64,000 nucleotides of DNA, from positions 7,192,001 to 7,256,000 of the forward strand of contig JBHGNT010000020.1 in the NCBI GenBank assembly GCA_043228905.1, given 5' to 3'. Under the pieces are notes generated by a model that saw nothing but the letters and a program-made list of their open reading frames with translations, was not told the DNA's origin and searched no databases. Positions within the stretch are counted from its first letter, which is position 1; each line of letters starts with the position of its first letter. Position numbers and translations under genes: made by a program. The DNA is from Azolla caroliniana. Taxonomy: Eukaryota; Plantae; Polypodiophyta. Of the stretch, positions 24,195 to 36,900 are shown piece after piece.

Positions 24195-25350
24195 ATTGAC
24201 TGCCTTGGACGACCAAGTGGGAAATGTCGAGAAGAAGAAAAGACAAAGGGACGGTTGCGGCAAGCAAAGAAGACGGGTGGGGCCATAGCATAATAAAGAG
24301 GGAGTAACCGTCGTTGCATAGGAACAACCGAAGCGTAATTAATATTTTAAGAAAAAGTAATGGTTCACACTCCGTGCGTAACTGCCCATGGCCCTCTATA
24401 TATAGGGCATGGAAAACTTGTAATAACGAGCGATAATTTTGTATTCAACATCTGCAATATAGTTTCTGATTGATTGACTCCCTATTTTCTCGTAACTGTT
24501 AGTAATTGTTCGTGCGAAGTTTATTTTCTCTGTGTTGAGCCATATACGTTGTGTGTGCTAGGGCGTAAGAAGTCGGTTGTAGCCGTCTTCCTAATCTTCA
24601 CAGTCTCCACAATTAAGTCAACACTTATGAGTCCAAGTGTATAGTCACCCATATCACGGTTATGACGAAGCCGAACCCCGAAGGACTGGGAACTCGATGC
24701 AGTGGCACCGTGACTAGTAACACTTTTGGCACGCCCAAAGATTTGTGACAAACATAGTTGAACATCGGGGAATGGGTGTCGTCTAGCTGTAGAGGCAGCA
24801 AAGAAGCAAATCACAAAGGTAAACCCCTAACTCGGGTAGAATCTGAAAAGGCAGCAAAGTTTCCTGTGGAGAAGTCACGCCTTGATAACCTCTTACCGTT
24901 GTTGTGTTTTTCTGCATGTATGTGTAGAAACGGGGCAGGACCATGGGGGTCTTGAACCACGGAGTCGAACACAGAGGAAGGAATGGGCAAGTGGAGCCTA
25001 CCGACTGCCTCCACTTGCACGTGACCTCAGAAGATCCTAACGTTGCTCGGACACAACAAACACATAACAGATCAGAACGGAAAAGATGGGGGAGAAAACA
25101 CAAAGTCAGAACAACGAGTTTTGATTCAATTAGGCGTAGAACACATAGTGAATACAACAGGCCACAACCTGGGAGGGTCTCTAAGCTCAAGAGACAAGCA
25201 CAAACAGAATGATGATCCTCTAGTCGAGAGAATGCGGGCCTACAACGCGAGCAGAGGATTAACCTTCTTGTTCCTCAGTATCGAGCACAAAACCCCACCA
25301 AATCTCTCATCCCTAAAACTATTCGAGGTCTCCCCTTTTATTCTTGTTTC
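24195..25350 (+). mobile_element. Family H second copy: partial LTR (ends 24722), PBS TGGCACGCCCA (24727), non-coding internal part
   Basis: Colinear with 1-854 plus 8841-9100 without the nested insertions. Confidence 0.7.
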
Positions 25351-26600
25351 GATATAAATTTATAATTGTGTGATAATGAGATGTTTGTCAGTATAATTGC
25401 CATATTTTCTAAGGAGAATAATATTACAATTATTATGTGAAATTATCTCCAATCTTCGATTTATTAGCAACGCAATTTGGCACAAACATAAACCTCTGAA
25501 AGCCCTTGAAGCACTTCAAACAAGCTTCGTTACGAGATATAGAAAATTTAATTTGGTAATATGTAATAGAAGCGATGAGATTAATTAAGAATCGTGTGTT
25601 GTCAATCTAAACATACTCAATATGCATTACGGTTCTCATATTGTGTTCGATCACATCAATCGGCTGAGTTTTGGTTTTGCCTCTTGTTCCTGGAAAATAT
25701 TATTTATTGTAGATTGATAGAATGTAAAGATTACAATATTAAATCATGAATTCCTCACATGCTTATTGTTTATAATTGCCTTGTTGTACTAGAAAATAAT
25801 ATTACAATGATTATGAGAAAACAAAGCAATAAAGCTTCTTACTTGTCATATTTACCAAATTTAGTTTGGAAATCGGTAACAAAAGACACGATATAAATTT
25901 ATAATTGCGCGATAATCATATGTTTTTAGTTATAATTGCCAATCTTCGATCTATTAGCAACGCAATTTGGCAAAAACATAAGCCTCTGAAATTCCTTTAA
26001 GCACTTGAAATGAGCTTCGTTATGAGATATACAAAATTTAATTTGGTAATATGTAATAGAAGTGATGAGATTAATTAAGAATGGTGTGTTGTCAATCTAA
26101 GCATACTCAATATGCATTATGGTTGTTGTATTGTGTTCTTTATGTTCGATCTCTTGATTCGGCTTAGTTTTGGTTTTGCCTGTTGTTCCTAAAAAATCTT
26201 ATTTATCGTATTTCGATAGAATGTAAGGACTAGAACATTAAATCTTGAATTCCTCACTGGCTTATTGTTTATAATTGCCTTGTTGTCCTAGCAGAAAAAT
26301 ATTACAATTATTATGGGAAATTATTTGCAATCTTCTTTCTTTTGAAATAAGCAATGACAACTATGGGATTTGCCTCTTCTTCCTGGAAAATCTTATTTAT
26401 CTAATTTATCGTATATCGATAGAAGGTAAAGATTACAATATTAAACCATGAATTCCTCACATGCTTATTTATCGATAGAATGTAAAGATTACAATGTTAA
26501 ACCATGAATTCCTCACATGCTTATTGTTTATAATTGCCTTGTTTTCCTAGGAAAATAATATTACAATTATTTCCAATCTTCTATCTTTCGAAATAACCAA

Positions 26601-26680
26601 TGACAACTATGGGATTTGAACCCATGCCCTTGAAAATTGGAACCTAAATCCAACACCTTAGACCACTTGGCCAAATTGTC
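26601..26680 (-). pseudogene. tRNA-Leu(UAG)-like copy
   Basis: 80-nt match to the satellite tRNA consensus. Confidence 0.75.
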
Positions 26681-27576
26681 CAATTGTTGAGTAATGGAAG
26701 TCCAAACACCATGAATTCAATATATTCAACGTTTATTATGGCTCATGTATTTTCTTTTTCATCTTCGATCTCTTCAGTCTAATTTAGCACAAACATAAGC
26801 CTTGGAAAGCCTATGACTAGAGCTTTGTTCCTGGTCAGATACACTAGAACCAAAATAGATAGATTCATACACATGAAGAATGTGACTAAGGAGAGGGGTA
26901 GAAGAAGTAGAAGAGAGTTTGGTTGTGTTGTTGCGCTCTCTATCAGCATGGGAATTTGCCACAAATATAAGCCTAGGAAAATAAAGCAATAAAGCTTCTT
27001 AGTTGTCATATTTACCAAATTTAGTTTGGAAATCGGTAACAAAAGAGACGATATATATTTATAATTGTGCAATAATAAGATGTTTGTAGTTATAATTTCC
27101 AATCTTCGATCTATTAGCAACCTACTTTGGCACAAACATAAGCCTCTGAAATCCCTTGAACCACTTAAAACATAAGCCTTGTCATCTTCAATCTCTTCTA
27201 TCTAATTTAGCACAAACATAAGCCTTTGAAAGCCTATGACTAGAGCTTTGTTAGTGGTCAGTTATACTAGAACCAAAAAAGATAGATTCATACACATTAA
27301 GAATCACGCGGTGTCAATTTAAACATACTCAGTATGCATTACGGTTCTCATATTGTGTTCTTTATGTTCGATCTCTTCACTCGATTGAGTTTTGGTTTTG
27401 TCTGTTCTCCTTGGAAAATCTTATTTATCATTGATCGATAGAATGTAAAGATTTCAATATTAAACCATGAATTCCTCACATACTTATTATTTATAATTTC
27501 CTTATTTTTCTCGGAGAATAATATTACAAATATTTTGGGAAACTATTTCCAATCTTCTATCTTTTGAAATAATAAA

Positions 27577-27655
27577 TGGCAATTATGGGACTTGAACCCA
27601 TGCCTTCCAAATTGTAACCAAAATCCAACGCCTTAGACCACTTTGCCAAATGGTC
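27577..27655 (-). pseudogene. tRNA-Leu-like copy, degenerate anticodon arm
   Basis: Same subtype as 40915-40993. Confidence 0.65.
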
Positions 27656-28670
27656 CAGTTGTTGAAAAATGGAAGTCCAAACATCATGAATTCAATATAT
27701 TCAACGTTTATTACGGGGCATGTATTGTCTTTGTCATCTTCGATCTCTTCTATCTAATTTAGCACAAACATAAGCCATGGAAAGCCTATCACTAGAAGTT
27801 TGTTGCCGGTTAGATATAATAGAACCAAAATAGATAGATTGATACACATGAAGAAAGTGACTGAGGAGAAGGGTAGAAGAAGAAGAAGAGAGTTTGGTTG
27901 TGTCGTTGCGCTCTCTATCACCATGAGAATTTGCCACAAATATAAGCCTAGGAAAACAAACCGATCAAGCCTCTTAATTGTCATATTTACCAAATTTAGT
28001 TTGCAAATCGGTTACAAAAGCGACGATATAAATTTATAATTGTGCGATAATCAGATGTTTGTAGTTATAATTGCCTTGTTTTCTTAGGAGAATCATATTA
28101 CAATTGTTATGTGAAATTATTTCCAATCTTCCATCTATTAGAAATGAAATTTGGCACAAACATAAGCCACTCAAAAGCCCTTGAAGCACATGAAACGAGC
28201 TTCGTTACGAGATATAGAAAATTTACTTTTGTAATATGTAATAGAAGTGATGAGATTAATTAAGAATCGTGTGTTATCAATCTATATATACTCAGTATGC
28301 ATTATGGGTTTAGGGTTTAATCTCTTCAATCGGCTGAGTTTTGGTTTTGCTTCTTGTTCCTAGAAAATCTTATTTATCGTAGATCGATAGAATGTAAAGA
28401 TTACAATATGAAACCATGAATTCCGCGCATGCTTATTGTTTATAATTGCCTTTTTGTCCTAGGAGAATAGTATTACAATTATGATGGGAAATTATTTCCA
28501 ATGTTCTATCTTTCGAAATAAGCAATGACAACTATGGGATATACAAAATTTAATTTGCTAATATCTAATAGAAACAAAGAGATTAATTAACAATCGTCAG
28601 TTGTCAATCTAAACATACTCAATATGCATTATGGTTCTCATATTGTGTTCTTTATGTTCGAAATATGGAA

Positions 28671-28750
28671 TGACAACTCGGGGATCTGAACCTATGCCCT
28701 TCTAGATTGGAGTTTAAACCTATATCCTTAGACCACTCGACCAAATTGTC
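28671..28750 (-). pseudogene. tRNA-Leu-like copy, degenerate
   Basis: Same subtype as 21127-21206. Confidence 0.65.
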
Positions 28751-28977
28751 CAGTTGTTCTTTATGTTTGATCTCTTCAATCGGCTGAGTTTTGGTTTTTC
28801 CTCTTGTTCCTGGAAAAAATCTTATTTATCGTAGATTGATAGAATGTAAAGATTACAATATTAAACCATGAATTCTGCACATGCTTATTGTTTATAATTG
28901 CCTTGTTGTCCTAGGAGAATTATATTACAATTATGATGGGAAATTATTTCCAATGTTCTATCTTTCAAAATAAGTAA

Positions 28978-29056
28978 TGACAACTATGGGATTTGAACCC
29001 ATGCCCTTGCAGATTGGAGCCTAAATCCAACGCCTTAGACCGTTCGGCAAATTGTC
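28978..29056 (-). tRNA. tRNA-Leu(UAG) gene or pseudogene (close to consensus, 1-nt deletion near A box)
   Basis: TTGGA-TTTAGGC-TCCAA anticodon arm, ATGGG-TTCAAAT-CCCAT T arm. Confidence 0.72.
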
Positions 29057-29441
29057 CAATTGTGGAATAATATATTAAAACCATGAATAGAATATATTCA
29101 ATGTTCATAACGGGCCATGTATTTTCTTGTTAATCTTTGATCTCTTGTATCCAATTTAGCGCAAACGTAACCCTTGGAAAGCCTATGACTAGAGCTTTGT
29201 TACTAGTTAGTTATACTTGAACCAAAATACATAGATTCATACACATGAAGAAAATGACTAAGGAGAGGGATAGAAGAAGAAGAAGACAGTTTGGTTGTGT
29301 TGTTGCACACTATATCAGCATGGGAATTTTCCACAAATATAACCCTAGTAAAACCAACAAATAAAGCTTCGAACATAGGAGAATAATATTACAATTATAA
29401 TGGGAAATTATTTCCAACCTTCTATCTTTTGAAATAAGCAA

Positions 29442-29521
29442 GGACAACTATGAGATTTGAGCCCATGCCCTTGCGGATTGGAGACTAAATCCAACGCCTT
29501 AAACCACTCAGCCAAATTGTC
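29442..29521 (-). pseudogene. tRNA-Leu(UAG)-like copy
   Basis: Consensus match with B-box mutations. Confidence 0.7.
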
Positions 29522-30203
29522 GAGTTGTATTCAACGTTTATTGCGGGCCATGTATTTTCTTTTTCATCTTCGATCTCTTCTATCTAATTTAGCACAAACA
29601 TAAGCGTTGGAAAGCCTATGACTAGAGCTTTGTTCTTGGTCAGATACACTAGAACCAAAATAGATAGATTCATACACATGAAGAAAGTGACTAAGGAGAG
29701 GGGTAGAAGAAGAAGAAGAGAGTTTGGATTGGTTGTTGCGCTCTCTATCAGCATGGGAATTTGCCACAAATATAAGCCTAGGAAAATAAAGCAATAAAAC
29801 TTCTTAGTTGTCATATTTAGCAAATTTAGTTTGGTAATCGGTAACAAAAGAGATTATATAAATTTATAATTGTGCGATAATAAGATTTGTGGTGTTATAA
29901 TTTCATTGTTTTCTTAGGAGAATGATATGACAGTTATTATGTGAAATTATTTTCAATCTTCAATCTATTAGAAACATACTTTGGCACAAACATAAGCCTA
30001 TGAAAGCCCTTGAAGTACTTGAAATGAGCTTCGTTACGAGATATACAAAATTTATGATGGATCGATAGAATATAAAGATTAAAATATTAAACCATGAATT
30101 CCTGACATGCTTTGTATTTATAATTGCCTTGTTGTCCTAGGAGAATAATATTACATTTATTATGGGAGATTATTTGCAATCTTCTATCTATTGAAATAAG
30201 CAA

Positions 30204-30282
30204 GAACAAAGTGGGATTTGAACCCATGCCCTTCTATATTGGAACCTAAATTCATTGCCTTAGACCACTCGGTGAAATTGTC
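30204..30282 (-). pseudogene. tRNA-Leu-like copy, degenerate
   Basis: Consensus match with several substitutions. Confidence 0.65.
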
Positions 30283-30981
30283 GAGTTATTGAGCAATAGA
30301 AGTCCAAACACGATGAAATCATTATATTCAACGTTTATTGCGGGCTATGTATTGTCTTTTTAATCTTGAATCTTTGTATCTAATATATCACAAACATGAG
30401 CCTTGGAAAGCCTATGACTACAACTTTGTTACTAGTCGGATATTCTGCAACCAAATAGATAGATTCATACACATGAAGAAAGTGACTGAGGAGAGGGATT
30501 GTTACTCCTAAGTGCTGGACAATAGCCTAACACAGGGTGTCTACGGAAGACACTTCACCAAAGGGTGTTACGGTGAGATAGAGCTAGACCGACGATTAAT
30601 CAGACCTATATCAGTTACTTAAGCAACATATCATGAATCTTAATACACGCGTAAGATATAAAGTAATTAGCACAAAACGACAATCAATACACAGAGACTA
30701 CACAATAGAGCTTTATTAATTATCCATCGTCATTTACAATGTAACCGGGCCTTTTTATAGATCACCGGCTCTGCATACAAAACGGTGCCAATCGGCACAC
30801 TAATATGAACCGGTCCAGGACCGGATCGGCATACCGATTCTGGTCCGTCCGTCCACTTGTCAAAATATACTTAATTACTTAATATCCTAATAATAATCCT
30901 GCCCTTTCACATTCTGGACTGTCCCCCACTCCTTGCCGGCTGGCTAACACATGGCACGCCCATGGGACAGTACCTTGTACA

Positions 30982-33940
30982 TCAAATCCCACTATTTGGC
31001 CTGCAATCCTCGTCCAAAATGTCCAGAATGCTTTGATCGAGGGGATCTAAGGGTTCTTCGGAAGGCTGATCAAACTGTTGCTGCTGGTGCTCCTCCGTTG
31101 GCTGTGACCGTTGCTCCGGCTGCTGCTCCATTGGCTGTTGTTGTGGCTCCAATTGCTCCGCGGTCTCCGGCTCTTCTGGGTGTTGCTCCTTTGATAGCTG
31201 ATGCGCGGTTCTCGGTGCCGGTGGTTGTTGCAGATCTTCCTCCCTTGCCTGCTCCTCTTGAGTTAAATCTGGTTGGCTTGTTTGAGCCTTGTCTCTTACT
31301 GTCCTTTCCTCCAACAATGGCTCTTCATCACTGAGATTGATTGTTGCCGCACTCTTCATCGCCGCTTGCAGTAGCCTCTCCTTTTCGGAACTTTCAAACT
31401 GGATTTGGTTATCCAATTGATCATCGTCCAGTTGTGCCACTAGTTGCCGGACCACTGTTAACTGCTCATCAGCCAACGCTATGAAGTCATCTGCCAATTC
31501 ATCTTTCACGGCAGCATGCTTCGCTCATTTTGATCACCATAATACTGAGTTTTCTTCAATCAAGCGCTTCGTTCGATTCTTCCATGCATGTACAATGCAC
31601 CAGATCCGCTCCAGCCCCATCTTTGATTTGTCTTCTGCGGCCTGCCGTTCATCTTTCAACTGTTTGATCAGGTTTGCAGTTACCACCTCCTGGCCCTTGT
31701 AGTGCACCAGCTGATTCTAATAGGTTGTCTGCACTCTTTGTAAGACCATGGTGGCACGTTCCGTTTCCGCCTGATGTTGCATCTAGAGTTCCAGGCGTTC
31801 TTGTGCCGCTTCAGGTCGTATGGTTTCCTTCTCAGCCTGTTCTTCCGCTAGTGTCGTCTCCGCCCGTTGCACTTCATTCCGGAGCTCGAACATCTTCTCC
31901 TACTACTGGTCGATGTCAGTGATGAGCTTCTTGTATTCCATCTCGACATGTTTATAATCCTGGTGTAGGCGGTCAAAATCTTCAGTTTTCTACTTCAACT
32001 TTTGATTGATTTGGCAGCGAGCTCGGTCTTCCCTATCCTTTTGCTACCGAAGCTCTTCTTTGAGCCTATCTATCTCTGTTTCCGCCATCCTTCGGAGTTT
32101 ATCCTTCTCTTGCAGCACTTTTTCTTTCTCTTCCTTAAGTCGGTCATAGGCTTGGTGTCCCTTCCGTAGACTTTCTTCTGTTCAACGGAGGTTGTCGGCA
32201 GTCTTCCGTTGTTCCTCCTCCTCCGCCATTTTTAATTCTCTTTCCTTGGACCATAATGCTTCTTGTGCGGCCAGGTCTTCTTTGAGAACGACAAGCTCTT
32301 GTGCTTGCGCTGTAATTATATCCGGGTTTGTTCCCATCACCAGGGTCGTATTATTATGTACAGTTGTCGGTGTTTCATTATTCTGTACATGTACCGGAGC
32401 CATTGGTTCTTGTTCCTAGGGTCCTGTTATGACCATCTTAGCCAATTCTTCCTTGGCTATTCCCAATTCTTGTTCCAAGCTCCAAACCCTTGACCCGGCC
32501 TTCTCTAGTTCTCCGCTTGTGGCTAGCAACCGGTCCAATTGTGCTCTTTCCTCTGCCTCCATATAATGGACCATTCCAGCAATTTGCTCACTGATCCACC
32601 ATAGCCATTGGCTGTCGGTGCCTTGTTGTTGTGTTGGCGCGGAGGTTTGGACAATTTCTGCGCTTGCCAGTGGTTGATCTTGTCTGGTTGGCAACCCTGG
32701 CTCCGGTTGGTTACCACTTGGCAGTTCCGGCTCTGGTTGGTCCTGGTGTGGTGGTGGTAGGCAACTAAATCACCGGCTCCTGAATCACGGGTCTTGTTAT
32801 GTTCTGACCCGCCGGCGTAGCCGGCTGCACAGGGACTTTCGTGACCGGTTCTGTTTGAACCGGTTCCGCTTCCACCCTTGGCTCTAGGCCCTCAGTGCGG
32901 GGTATCGGTGTCCTATCCTTCTCTGGACCTGATTGCTTCCTAGCATGGGCTGTAGTGCTCTTCTTCTAGCGTTGCTGGAGGTGCTCGCTGGGCTCCTTCA
33001 TCGTTTCCTCGTCCTGAGTCCCAAGATTGATTTTCATTGCCAGGGGATCTGGCTCCTGTTGACCTGGTCGGCGAAATGTAATCTTTATGGGCCGTTCTGG
33101 TGTTGCCTCCTGCGTCTCCGCCTGGTTAGGCCGCTCTTTTGCCGTTTTTTCAATGTTGGCCTCCTTCCCTTCGGTTGCCTTAGCAGCCAATAGCTGTTGT
33201 TGTTTAGAAGCCGTTTTGGGGAGGTTCCTTTGGTTGATCTTCCTCGCTTCTTTTCCGTGATGGGCTCCACTGGTGGTGCTAACAGTGTGAGCCATTGTTC
33301 CATCGTCGACCATATTTTCTTGCCATCCTTCCCTCTTACCGCGTCAATGGCCGCATGTAGTCCATCGGCGATCAACACCGACTAGTCCACCTGTATACCC
33401 TCATATGTGGCTATAATTAAACCGGCTCTGTTCCTAGTGATTGTTGGGGGTCGAGGGTACACATGGACAAACTCGTGGAGTACACGAGCAACCTCTCGGA
33501 ATAAGTCATCCTCGCCGCCATGTGTGCGATATGCCTTGTTGGCTAGAGAGTACCTACCGAAGTATTTCATGAGCTTCTCCGGGGTAGGGTTGTCGCTGGT
33601 GAAGATGCCGCCTTCGGGTAGGCCCGTCAGGGCACGAATGGCCTCCTCTGTGATTACTTCTATGTCGATTTCTTTGACAACCCTTTCCGCCTCTGTGGGG
33701 TCGCGCCTCCATGATCCTCAAGAATCCTTCCAATCCGTGTTGCTTTAACCACTTCTTGGCTACCTCAGAGAGCGTCATGCAGTCCATTTCTCCTTCTGAG
33801 TTTGTGGTTGTTGGTGAGGTAGGTGCGTTAGGGGGCTCTGTGTGCTTGCATCTGATTATCTTTAATTGCCTGTGTGCGTTTGCAATTCTCTGTTCGCGAA
33901 ATGAGAAGGCCTCCATGCGGTGTAGGTTTTCTTTCTGCAT
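30982..33940 (-). pseudogene. Extra ORF of element D (globular N-terminus, P/Q-rich linker, coiled coil), frameshifted
   Basis: Successive minus-strand ORF fragments between pol and the 3' LTR; E/K/R/Q-rich heptad-like C-terminal half. Confidence 0.65.
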
Positions 33941-36900
33941 GTTGGCGCCTTTCTCGATTCCTGCACATGCGCATGTCGTGTACTATAATGCCAATGAAGT
34001 GGCACGTGGTGGCATTTTAATGTGCTATAAATAGCCCACTACTTGGCTTTTCAAAGTGCCCGTTGACTCCTCCCTTTTCATTGCATGTGGCCGTTCGCTC
34101 CTCGCCATCGCATGATTTGGGTTTGATTGGATCTGATTCGATTTTTCTTTTTCTTTTTCTTTTTCGATCTTGTTAATTCATATCAGGCCCAAATGGACCC
34201 TTCTCCAGATTGTGGTCCCTTTCTCCGGTTTTCGTTCTTGTCGATTGCTTGACCGGTTATCGTCTCGTCATGCTTACCGGTGTGCGGTGTGGTGTCAGCC
34301 TTTGTCTGCTCAAACGGGATTCTTGGCATGGGTCCATAGTATGGTTTGAGTTGAAACCCATTGACCCATTTATCCATAACTTCTCCGGCGAGTGTCCCTA
34401 GCGGGTAGGAACCGTTTAACTCTCATATAATCCAATATGGTCCGGTCCACCGAAACCGTAGCTTCCCCGGCATCTTACCCATCCGGGTCTGGAATACAAG
34501 TACCGGCTTGCCAATTCCAAACATTTTTTAGTTACCTTTCTGGTGTCGATCGACAAAGCTTTCCTTCTCCGTTGCTCCAGTTCCATGTGCATCAGGCTGG
34601 CTATCCGGTGTTCCTCCAGTTCGCGTAGTGTTGCTAGCCGGATTGTTTCCGACTCCTCGTTTAGGCGTTCCTGAACCTGTAACCGCAAATTGGGAAGCTG
34701 GAATTCGATCGGCATTACTGCTTCTAATCCGAATGCTAATCGGAAAGGCATTGTCCGGATACTTATCTTATATGTTGTCTGGTAGGCCTAGAGTGCACTG
34801 TGCAGCATTGTATCCCAATCCGTCCGGTTCTCATTGATGATTTTCCGCAGGATGTTTTGTAGCGTCTTATTTGTGGATTTGGCTAATCCGTTGGCTTGTG
34901 GATAATATGGAGTGCTTCGCTTGTGCACCACCGCATAGAATGTCGTCAAGCTCTCCACCACTTGTCCTAGAAAATGCCCACCTTGGTCGCTAATTAGCTC
35001 GATCGGACATCCGTACCGGCACCAGATATATTCATATAAAAATTTTGCCGTGGATGTCGCGGTGTTGTCACGTAGTGCTTTGGCCTCCACCCACTTGGTG
35101 CAGTAGTCCGTAGCGACAATCACGTATCGATTGCTGGTTCTCATTGCTGGTGGTTTCAATGGGCCGACAAAGTCCAGCCCCCATTTTTGAAATGGTTCCA
35201 ATGGCAGCACCGGCTAGTGAGGCATTCTTGCCTGTTCCGTTGGTTGGCCCATCCGCTCACATAAATCGCATTCTTTAGCATACCGGGCGGGGTCTTTTAA
35301 TGTTGTCGGCCACCATATGCCACTCTGCCATATTATCCTTGCCATAGCGTCCCCAGCATAATGCCCTCCTGCAACGCCGCAGGGTGCTTCACGTAGTATT
35401 TGGTCCTTTTCGTCACTTCGCACCGCGCACCGCCATATGCCATCTGCGCCTTTATCGTACAGTGTGTCCTACAGTAGGCAGAAGTGTCGTCTTTGTACTG
35501 CTAATCATTTCCGCTCGTCTCTGTTCATCTCCTCTGGAGGTAATCCTATGTTAAGGAATTGGTGCATTTTAGTGAGCCACTTGTCCTCCTCGGCGACCGT
35601 ACCATCTGTTGCCGTTTTTGCTGTGACCCTAAACAAGTCTACATCTGGAAATTCGTCTGGGACTCTGTCACCGGTTTCACCGGAGTCTAACCGGCTCAAA
35701 TAATCCACAACCACATGTTGTATGCCTGGCCTGTGAAATATCTTGAACTCAAATTCCTGTAATAATAACGTCCACCGGGCCAGCTTACCCGTGAGTGATG
35801 CTTTTGAGACCAAATAAAGTAGCGCCGAATGGTCTACATGAAAGGAAAATTTCCTCCCCAATAGATAGTGTCGGAACTTGGTGACGTTGTAGATCATGCC
35901 CAAGGCTTCTCTTTTCGTCGTTGAGTAATTACGTTCCGCCTGGGACAGCTTCCGACTGGCATAATACACGGGCCGGTACCACTTCGGTTCGGTAAGCTAC
36001 ATTAATGCGCTCCCAATTTCTATGTCGGACGCGTCTACGAATACATGGAATTCTTTAGACCAATCCGGAGGTTGCACCACCGGTGCTTGTGATAGTAGTA
36101 CTTCTAATGCTCGGTAAGCCTTCTCTTTTGTGTCCGTCCATTGAAATGGTGTCTGGTGCACTGCAGCAGGCAATGGTGTCGCCAAGTCTGCCAGATACCG
36201 GAGCATCCGGCTATGCCACCGGATTTTTCCTAGGAACCGACTCAATGCTTTCGCCGTGGTGGGTGCCGGTGCCTCCAAAATTGCTTTGACCTTGTCTGGG
36301 TCTCCTGCAATACCGTCCTTGCTAATGATGTGGCCCAGTAATGCACCACTTGACACTCCGAACACGCATTTCGCTAGGTTAAGGCTTAACCGGTAAACCC
36401 TACATTTCTCAAGACATAGTCGGAGGTGTTGGAGGTGTTCCCCTTCTCGGTTGTACATGGCGAAATTGTCTAGGAAAACCTGCATGAATGTTGGAGTAAA
36501 TTCTCTGAAAATCTACATGATTATCTGCCGAAAGGTTGCCGACGCCATTTTAAGTCTAAACATCATGACTACGGCGACAAATACTCCCCATTCGGTAACA
36601 AAAGCAGTTTTCTCCTGGTCGTCGAGGTGCATCCAGATCTGATTGTAGCCGTTGAATCCGTCCAAGAAACTATAAACTTCATGACCGACTACCGCATCCA
36701 GGACTCCATCCGTAAAAGGGAGTGGGAAGGCGTCAGTTATTGTTGCCGCATTCAACTTCCGACAGTCGACACATACCTTGATTTTTCCGTTCTTTTTCGG
36801 TACGACGACTATCAGACTCAGCCAGGTCGCCTTCTTGACCGGTCAAGTGAACCCTACCTATAACAATATTTCGATTTCGTCCTTTACGTTTGCTTCATAG

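Larger units (their letters stand above)
25350..30499. repeat. tRNA-Leu satellite block 2 (rearranged units)
   Basis: Repeated ~1-kb unit with 6 near-complete and 2 partial tRNA copies. Confidence 0.92.
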
